A stretch of 64,000 bases of DNA from IMG/VR virus record IMGVR_UViG_2593339199_000003, positions 41,082-105,081 of that record. One strand, given 5' to 3'. This document shows, one piece after another, positions 57,841 through 64,000 of the stretch. The notes beneath the pieces were generated by a model, which was not told where the DNA came from, ran no database searches, and worked only from the letters and a program-made list of their open reading frames with translations. The stretch is from a virus. Its lineage: Duplodnaviria > Caudoviricetes. The stretch's first letter is position 1. Every line of letters starts with the position of its first letter. The translations under genes and the position numbers were made by a program.

Positions 57841-57868
57841 TGTAATGTATTACATTATCTTCATTATA
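57841..57868 (-). promoter_or_regulatory. -10 box (TATAAT) followed by a palindromic operator-like motif
   Basis: TATAAT at 57868-57863; TGTAAT-AC-ATTACA at 57854-57841 with perfect 6-bp arms. Confidence 0.6.
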
Positions 57869-57878
57869 CTTGTTTTCC

Positions 57879-58685
57879 CTATCTGGATAAAGGGCCATTT
57901 ATATCGCGGGCCAGGAATGTATAATACTCCACGATTGGCTGCCCCTGCGCATCGGTCGCGATCCCGTTCTTGGTCATGCCGTTGATCTGCACGCCATTGA
58001 TCGTCTCCACCGTAATGTTTGGCTTCACGTTGAGGCTCGTCGTCGCATAATTCCGCGCATACGGGCTCATCGCCTCGGATACCGCTCCGTAATTGATTTT
58101 GATATCGAATCCAAAAGGGTCGTATCCGAAATAGGTGTTGGCCGGCGAGGACAGCAGATTACTCTCGTCATCCTGGACGCCCCATAGCGCCTTCTCGTAT
58201 TCATCAGCGATCTGATCGAAGCTTTCCTTGCCGTACTTCTTCAGGATTTCATCCAGTTTGTATTTCTTGAAGTCACCCGGCTTGATCACGCCCTCTTGCT
58301 GCGCAGACTGAACCGCGTACTGGACAGCATTAGCGTTGGCCAGAATCTGTTGAAGATAGCCAACATTTTTAAAGTTGATGCCAAAGGTGCCTTGCACCAA
58401 CCGGCGGCCGCGGGCTGCCGTGTCGAACGTGTAGGACGCATAGCCGTAGATCGGCAGCACTTCTTCTTGAATGGAGAAATTCAGCGCGACGGCTTCGTCC
58501 ACCCAGATGTCACCGAAGAACAGATTCACGTCGGCGCCGGAGAAGTAGTCCTCCGAGAACAGCTGATATTCCAGCCGGCTGTCGGGTCTGCGATAGATAT
58601 TCCCCTGTGGCGCTGGAATTGTGTTTCGGAAGACGCCTTGCACATCGCGCTGGGATCGACCTGATGCTCCATATAGATTCGCCAT
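57879..58685 (-). CDS. Tail tube-like protein 3 (268 aa), probably a minor/initiator tube subunit
   Basis: YFSGADV...SIQEEVLPIYGY......ARGRRLVQG aligns by eye with the other two tubes; TAATG overlap with the upstream gene. Confidence 0.75.
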   Translation of the reverse strand: MANLYGASGRSQRDVQGVFRNTIPAPQGNIYRRPDSRLEYQLFSEDYFSGADVNLFFGDIWVDEAVALNFSIQEEVLPIYGYASYTFDTAARGRRLVQGTFGINFKNVGYLQQILANANAVQYAVQSAQQEGVIKPGDFKKYKLDEILKKYGKESFDQIADEYEKALWGVQDDESNLLSSPANTYFGYDPFGFDIKINYGAVSEAMSPYARNYATTSLNVKPNITVETINGVQINGMTKNGIATDAQGQPIVEYYTFLARDINGPLSR

Positions 58686-59185
58686 TACATGCTCACCCCT
58701 GGCTCTTTGATTTTGGTCATTGGATCCAGATCGAGTGCATAAAACTCGTAGGTGTTCTCTGTCAGCAGGTTATTGACTGACAGGACTTTACCTTCTGTAT
58801 AGGTCGTGATTCCGTAGATCGTCATCTTGCTCCGCTGCCCGAACTCGTTGGCGAAGCTGATCGTAACGTCGAACATCGGCATCTCGTCCATCAGCATCCG
58901 GTAGCCACGATCGGCGACTTCCTGCATGGCTCGGTACACGATCGTCTCGTCGAATACGGTGAAGCTCAGAATGCCTGTGATCGTTCGCATCCCGCGCGTG
59001 AAGCCTTTCATGGTAACACGTCCGAGCGATCGGACCGGGAATTTCTCACGAAACACAGAATAGGAGATGGTGGACAGCTCGCCGAACACGATCGGTCCGC
59101 TCCCTGGAATATTGAGCGTGGCAACCATATCGGTGCCACCGAAGCTGGCAAAGGTTCTCATGTAATCCGTTGGTGCAATTTTCAT
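58685..59185 (-). CDS. Tail tube-like protein 2 (166 aa)
   Basis: SFGGTD...GELSTISYSV.RE...FTRG.R.I.G.L.FT.FD...ISFANEFGQ is highly similar to the 242-aa tube. Confidence 0.8.
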   Translation of the reverse strand: MKIAPTDYMRTFASFGGTDMVATLNIPGSGPIVFGELSTISYSVFREKFPVRSLGRVTMKGFTRGMRTITGILSFTVFDETIVYRAMQEVADRGYRMLMDEMPMFDVTISFANEFGQRSKMTIYGITTYTEGKVLSVNNLLTENTYEFYALDLDPMTKIKEPGVSM

Positions 59186-59209
59186 CTATCTCACCTCGCT
59201 TTGGTATGT

Positions 59210-59238
59210 AAAAATGGGGCAGCCGCGAAGCTGCCCCA
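59210..59238 (-). terminator. Intrinsic terminator after the major tube gene
   Basis: TGGGGCAGC-TTCGCG-GCTGCCCCA-TTTTT. Confidence 0.85.
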
Positions 59239-59253
59239 CCTGGCCCAATCGCT

Positions 59254-59982
59254 TTAAGCGAACAGGTTTTTGAAGTAGTTGCCGACCGTCCCGTTGTAGG
59301 AGTCGCCACCTTCGCTGCGGAGGTTTTCTTTCGGCGTAACGCCTTTGACCTTCCGTGCAACCCAGGTGTAGGCTTTTGCCGTTACCACGTCGTCAACCGA
59401 GAAGCCGGATCCTTCGTTCAGGATTTGAAGACCGTAAATCTCCATACCTGCACGTTGGCCGAACTCGTTCGCCATCGAGATGGCGATGTTGAATGGCATC
59501 AGCTGGTCCGCGTATTCCGGCGTGTAGAAACCGGTAATGGCGCTGTCATCGAACTCGCCAGCACCCGATACATTGGCATAGCCAAGTTGGGTCATGACAT
59601 CATCCCATGCTTTGACGCCATAGCCGCGCTCGGTGCCCTTCAGTCCGGAGATGATTGCATTCTCGAACTGGCTGGAGTTTGCAACGAACTGTTGGAACGT
59701 CTGCATAACCGGCGCGCCTTGGTATTGCTTTTTCATTTCGTCCATCAGCGCATCGCGATCGAATTGCGTGAAAATCAGCGAGCCGCTGATGCCCCGCTTG
59801 CCGCGGCTGAAGCTTCTTGGATCCGGTGAACCCATCGTGTAGATCGGAGCGACCTCGCGAACAACCGAGTAGCTGATCGCTTGCAGCTCACCAATGAGAC
59901 GGCCGTTGAACGTAGCCACGATGTCCGCTCCCGAGAAGGAGCTGAACGTGCGGGAGTAGCCTTCCATGTTAGGCGCAGTCAT
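59254..59982 (-). CDS. Major tail tube protein (242 aa)
   Basis: Immediately follows the sheath; FSGADIVATFNG..IGELQAISYS..RE..PIY.MGS.....FSRGKRGISGSL; followed by a terminator. Confidence 0.8.
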   Translation of the reverse strand: MTAPNMEGYSRTFSSFSGADIVATFNGRLIGELQAISYSVVREVAPIYTMGSPDPRSFSRGKRGISGSLIFTQFDRDALMDEMKKQYQGAPVMQTFQQFVANSSQFENAIISGLKGTERGYGVKAWDDVMTQLGYANVSGAGEFDDSAITGFYTPEYADQLMPFNIAISMANEFGQRAGMEIYGLQILNEGSGFSVDDVVTAKAYTWVARKVKGVTPKENLRSEGGDSYNGTVGNYFKNLFA

Positions 59983-60007
59983 GATTGTTTCACTCCTTTA
60001 TATTCAT

Positions 60008-60036
60008 TCATGAAGGGGCGCAAGGCCCCCGCATGA
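60008..60036 (-). other. Intergenic hairpin between sheath and tube (possible mRNA stabiliser or processing site)
   Basis: TCATG-CG-GGGGC-CTTGC-GCCCC-TT-CATGA, with no U tract. Confidence 0.4.
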
Positions 60037-60076
60037 TTGATCTTATTAGTTTAGTTTATTGAACCTAACCAAACCT

Positions 60077-62875
60077 TTAGGAAGCTTTCAGAACCACGGA
60101 GGTCATGAACTTCCGAGTCTCGAACTGCGGCACGAGCTCGAGCGTGATGAACGCGTTGCCGAGCACCGCGTCTTGAACGGAGCTGTAGATGGTGAACTTG
60201 AAGCGCTGGATGACGCCGTTCTCCTTCAACTTGTCCAGTCCGGCTTGAATCTCAGCGGAGAGCGCGTTGCGCTGTGCCATTCCGTTCGGCAGGCCGATGA
60301 ACGGATCTGCTTTTTGACGGATCAGCTGAACAGCAGCATGCGTAATCCGCAGCGTGGACAGCCGGCTGTAGTCGGAGATCGAGGATGCCGCCGTCACACC
60401 GTCCTTGACGATGAAGCGTGCAGCTTGCCCTGCAGTGCCGCCGAAGATCTTACGATCGAAGGTGACATAGCGTCCGCCAACCAACTGGTTGTGCTGTGCT
60501 TCCGACAGAATATAACGGAGGCCCGTTACCGAATCCAGCGCCTTGTTCGTCGTTGCGCTCTCAGCGCTCAGCGTCGTGATCAGCGCGCCGTATACTGCCG
60601 CACCACTCGTTACGTAGCTGCCCAGCTTGTCACTCGATTGACCGAGCTCCGGACCGAAGACTACGCTGACGTAGCGGCCAATATCGATTTGCGTCCCTTC
60701 TTCATCCAGGACATAATCGAAGTTCGATTCGTTGAACATGTAGTGGTTGTTCACGTAGTCCAGACGTACGCCGATGCCGGCATAGAGGCCCTTACGTGCG
60801 TCGCTCAGGCTGTCCGCCGTGATCTCGCCGGTCAAGATGTCCACGTACTCTTGGATGGATACCAGGCTGGAGTCAAGTGCCGGGGATACGCCGAGGACAC
60901 CGATCGTTTCCCACGTCTTCGCCGTTACGACTGCGCAGTGCTGCGCCAGCTGCGTGGCAAAGTTCTTGTTCGGAACTTCACTGTCAACTGCCGTGTTTGC
61001 GTAAGCGTCGAGCAGGACGATCACGTCCACCACGTAGTTCTCGAGGTTGGAGTAGATGCCGTTTTGAACGAGCTTCGTCTCCCCTCTCGCGTTCTCCGTG
61101 TAAACGCCGCCGAGCTTCTCGAACATCTTCTTCATGTCCGCTTCCTTCGTGACGTCGAAGATACCGTCTTGGCCGAGCCATGGGTAGCGAGCTGGCGTGT
61201 TCTTCTCAGCTGCAGGATCTTCCTTCAGTTGTCCAGGAGCCTCTTGACCGAGGAATACCGCTTCAGGAATCGCACCATCGCCCGTCTGCAGGAGACCTTT
61301 AGCCGGGACGCTGCCGAACGCATTATCAGCCGAGAGGTTGACGATGTTGTTCATTGGATCAGCATTCACGTATTTGATAAACTCGCGAACCGTGCGGACT
61401 TTGACTTTCGCCAGATCGACCGTCTTGTACACCAGCGATTCATCAGCTGCGAACAGCTTCTTCTCCGCAGGTTTGAAGAACGTGATGATCTTCTCGTTGT
61501 CAGCCGCATGCTGCGGGTCGATCTCGACTTTCACGGATACACCGCGAATGGACTCCGCATCGAAGATGTCCGTCAGGGATCCATACACGGTACCCGGGTA
61601 TTTGCCTTCAACGACGATCTTCGGATCCTGGACTGTGCTCGCGTTGGTTTTGTAGGAAGCATACAGCTGCTTACTTACCGGAGCTGCTCCTGCAAATACG
61701 GTCACATTCTTGTTAAGCGCGCTGTACGTGTAGTCCACGCCTTCAACCAGCTCAACCTTGTTCGCGCCGTCCATGTAGTACACGCTGAAACCGTCCGCCT
61801 GTGGCGTATAGCTCAGATCGTATACGGCATCGACACCAGGAATGCGGTCCGTTACCGATCCCTCGTTGTTCATCGACGTGTACCATGCATACTCCACGAA
61901 GACCTTGACGTTGCTGGTGATGTTCGGGTACGTGCCCTTTGCCACCTCTGCGTCATAAGCTGCCGTGAAGAAGATACCGCCGTCTGCATAATCTGCCGCC
62001 GACCAAGCGTCTTTCAGCGGATCGCCGGAAGCACCCTTACCTACGCGGTAGATGTAGTCGCCGGATGGCGTCAACGATGGAATCGTGAATACCGCGTTGT
62101 TAGTCAAGTCCTTCACGGTGACCGTTGGAATATGTCCGCTTTCCAACTTATCCGACCAGTTGCGGCGGGCCGAATAGAAGTAGTGCGTACGCACCGTATC
62201 GCGCGTCAGCGTGTAGTCCGGATCCGTAAGATCCGGCAGGCCGCCGCCGTCCAACCGTGGAACCAGCATGTAATTGCGGGTTTCGTAGTTGTAGGACACC
62301 TTGATGTCCTCGCCCGGACGCATCTTATCAGCGAAGAAGTATGCTGCTTCTGCGCCAGCCGTGCGGTCCACATAATCGATAGCGTTTGCCACGACCGTCG
62401 CGTTGTTCAGGGCATCGACCGCTTCTACCTTTGTGATATCAACAAACGTGCCGCCTGCTGGCACATTCAGATCGACCGAGAAAGCCTTGTTGCCATCCGC
62501 ATAATCAAGGAATTGCTCCATGCTGCGGGCGATGTCTTTTGCCTTCAGTTCCGTGCGCGCCGAAACGCCATCGACCCGAAGCAAGCGAACGTCTTCGTTG
62601 CCGGCGCGAATTGCTTCGTACATGCCGCGAACCAAGCTTGCTCTAACCGGTTCCTTCGTTACACGGTCAATGAGTCCACCGAAAAGTTTTTCGGCAGATT
62701 TCACGCCAAGATCACGAACCGAGATCGGCTCGCCTACCGGACCGTCCACCGCGCTACCAATGATCAAGATGGATTGCGTGCCGGCTGCCAGGCGCTGATC
62801 ACCTGCATAAAGATTGCCATCTTCATAGGTGACTTTGACACCAGGGAGATTTTGATACTTCTCCGTCGTTGCCAT
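60077..62875 (-). CDS. Contractile tail sheath protein (932 aa) with inserted domains
   Basis: N-terminal LPGVKV...LIIGSAVDGPVGEP...LFG; C-terminal sheath domain (TNK.L...YSRLSTLRI...FIGLPN...LELVPQFE). Confidence 0.9.
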   Translation of the reverse strand: MATTEKYQNLPGVKVTYEDGNLYAGDQRLAAGTQSILIIGSAVDGPVGEPISVRDLGVKSAEKLFGGLIDRVTKEPVRASLVRGMYEAIRAGNEDVRLLRVDGVSARTELKAKDIARSMEQFLDYADGNKAFSVDLNVPAGGTFVDITKVEAVDALNNATVVANAIDYVDRTAGAEAAYFFADKMRPGEDIKVSYNYETRNYMLVPRLDGGGLPDLTDPDYTLTRDTVRTHYFYSARRNWSDKLESGHIPTVTVKDLTNNAVFTIPSLTPSGDYIYRVGKGASGDPLKDAWSAADYADGGIFFTAAYDAEVAKGTYPNITSNVKVFVEYAWYTSMNNEGSVTDRIPGVDAVYDLSYTPQADGFSVYYMDGANKVELVEGVDYTYSALNKNVTVFAGAAPVSKQLYASYKTNASTVQDPKIVVEGKYPGTVYGSLTDIFDAESIRGVSVKVEIDPQHAADNEKIITFFKPAEKKLFAADESLVYKTVDLAKVKVRTVREFIKYVNADPMNNIVNLSADNAFGSVPAKGLLQTGDGAIPEAVFLGQEAPGQLKEDPAAEKNTPARYPWLGQDGIFDVTKEADMKKMFEKLGGVYTENARGETKLVQNGIYSNLENYVVDVIVLLDAYANTAVDSEVPNKNFATQLAQHCAVVTAKTWETIGVLGVSPALDSSLVSIQEYVDILTGEITADSLSDARKGLYAGIGVRLDYVNNHYMFNESNFDYVLDEEGTQIDIGRYVSVVFGPELGQSSDKLGSYVTSGAAVYGALITTLSAESATTNKALDSVTGLRYILSEAQHNQLVGGRYVTFDRKIFGGTAGQAARFIVKDGVTAASSISDYSRLSTLRITHAAVQLIRQKADPFIGLPNGMAQRNALSAEIQAGLDKLKENGVIQRFKFTIYSSVQDAVLGNAFITLELVPQFETRKFMTSVVLKAS

Positions 62876-62894
62876 GTTCAGTCTCCTCCTTTAA

Positions 62895-63503
62895 TTAAGC
62901 TTGGGGCTTTACTGCACTCGCTTGAGCAAGAATCTGCTCAATTTGGTTCAAGAACACAGGGGTAATTTTTTCAAACCGCATTGTATATTGGATCGGCCTA
63001 ACGGCAATTGGGAACCGGTAGTCCGTGATCACCTGATCGGATTCTTGGGCATAGAACAGCATTTCATGAACACCGTTCTTCTTGAACTGGCCCTTATACA
63101 TCTGGATGAAGTCGTCGAGCTCATCCGCGATCAGATCGGCTTCTTCGGCCGATGTCGAAAGCACGGTGAACTGAACCCAGACATCAAAGATCTGCCCGTA
63201 CAGCTGGACGTACTCGTCTGGAACATACGGATGACGGATGGTGGTCCGAAGCCGCGGCTTAATATCCTTGAACTCCTGATTAACCAGGCGCCGCAGAATC
63301 TTGAACGCGACCATTGGAAACTGGGCTTCATCATCAAGTGGGGACTCCCGCTTAATCACGCCGGGCTTGCCGGCCAGCTTCCAGAGCCGATCCAGATCGT
63401 CGATAAAGCTCAGGAACGTCGCCGCTTTCTCCGATCGAAGCCGAGAGTCCAGATACGGATCTTTGGTTGGATCGTAGCCACTTACAAACGTTTCAGCACT
63501 CAT
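62895..63503 (-). CDS. Tail terminator/completion-like protein (202 aa)
   Basis: Lies before the sheath; FPMVAF...VQFTVLSTSAEEADLIADEL...RPIQY pattern. Confidence 0.65.
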   Translation of the reverse strand: MSAETFVSGYDPTKDPYLDSRLRSEKAATFLSFIDDLDRLWKLAGKPGVIKRESPLDDEAQFPMVAFKILRRLVNQEFKDIKPRLRTTIRHPYVPDEYVQLYGQIFDVWVQFTVLSTSAEEADLIADELDDFIQMYKGQFKKNGVHEMLFYAQESDQVITDYRFPIAVRPIQYTMRFEKITPVFLNQIEQILAQASAVKPQA

Positions 63504-64000
63504 TGTCTCACCCTCACTTGGGACGTCGAAGTCATGCGATAGACAGAGAAGATCGGGACGACCTCAATGTCCGTCATCATGTAAGGCCACTCGGACCTCA
63601 CTTCATACGTGCCATATTTGATGCGATTCAGATCGACGTAATCTTGAAGTGTGTCTTCAGCAATGCGTCTGAGATCTTCCAGGACTGGTGCGTAGCCTGT
63701 CCGCCCTACTAGAAGCTCCTGCTGCTCAGCAATCTCTTGTATCAGCCACTGGGCAATCCGGAAGTTGGCAATGTGCTTGTGCGCACTATCTTCCGTGGCC
63801 ACCGCGCAGCTGGAGGTTGCACAGACAACGCCCTTCTTGAGCGTCTTCTTGAAACACACGATGCCTGCAGTATCCAATTCCGTCATCTCGTCGTTGCTGA
63901 ACTCGCTCACCAGCTCTGCATTCAGCGTCTTGTTGACGGGACTGATCTCAGGATCAAGCGATGACAAGACGCCGGCATAGAAGGCGGCCGCCTTGCGATC
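63500..64000 (-). CDS. Second sheath-like protein, C-terminal part (5' end outside the window)
   Basis: Frame is open from 64000: DRKAAAFYAGVLSSLDPEISPVNKTL...ELDTAGIVCF...HIANFRI...LVG...IEVVPIFSV, colinear with the C-terminal domain of the 932-aa sheath. Confidence 0.75.
   Translation of the reverse strand, partial: DRKAAAFYAGVLSSLDPEISPVNKTLNAELVSEFSNDEMTELDTAGIVCFKKTLKKGVVCATSSCAVATEDSAHKHIANFRIAQWLIQEIAEQQELLVGRTGYAPVLEDLRRIAEDTLQDYVDLNRIKYGTYEVRSEWPYMMTDIEVVPIFSVYRMTSTSQVRVRQ

Larger units (their letters stand above)
1..64000 (-). mobile_element. Tail, baseplate and appendage gene region of a large myovirus-type phage/prophage (extends beyond both window edges)
   Basis: About 30 tightly packed, often overlapping minus-strand genes in the canonical order terminator-sheath-tube-chaperone-tape measure-hub-spike-gp25-baseplate J-fibres. 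No host housekeeping genes. Confidence 0.9.

Noticed and set aside
60059-62965. 968-aa plus-strand ORF, and other long antisense ORFs such as 38343-40349, 19935-21497 and 52153-53670
   Set aside because: They mirror minus-strand genes with strong codon bias, lack an obvious RBS and recognisable motifs, and have Arg/Val/His-rich shadow composition.

Overview
The whole 64 kb is one co-directional (minus-strand) virion-morphogenesis region of a large contractile-tailed phage or prophage. Strong GGAGG ribosome-binding sites and a GC-rich background suggest a Bacillota host, possibly Paenibacillaceae. In transcription order (right to left) it encodes: a truncated second sheath-like protein, tail terminator, sheath, three tail-tube paralogs, two tail-assembly-chaperone paralogs, two giant proteins in the tape-measure position (1949 and 2349 aa), a hub/tail-lysin (GH73 + M15), spike OB-fold, a missed 45-aa Cys-rich ORF, gp25-like, baseplate J, a lower-GC modular receptor-binding cassette, an FN3 protein, a wedge protein, and very large Ig/lectin/PA14/vWA appendage proteins. 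No capsid, terminase, integrase, RNA or host genes are visible. Main find: the 2349-aa protein carries the ordered catalytic motifs of both beta and beta' of a two-barrel RNA polymerase in one chain, fused to an apparently intact N-terminal DEDDh exonuclease, making it a candidate virion-delivered RNAP. Second find: an imperfect palindrome (ATTGTAATGCATTACAAT-like) recurs about nine times, at internal promoters and in AT-rich islands inside genes. All calls come from motif reading by eye; no searches were run.
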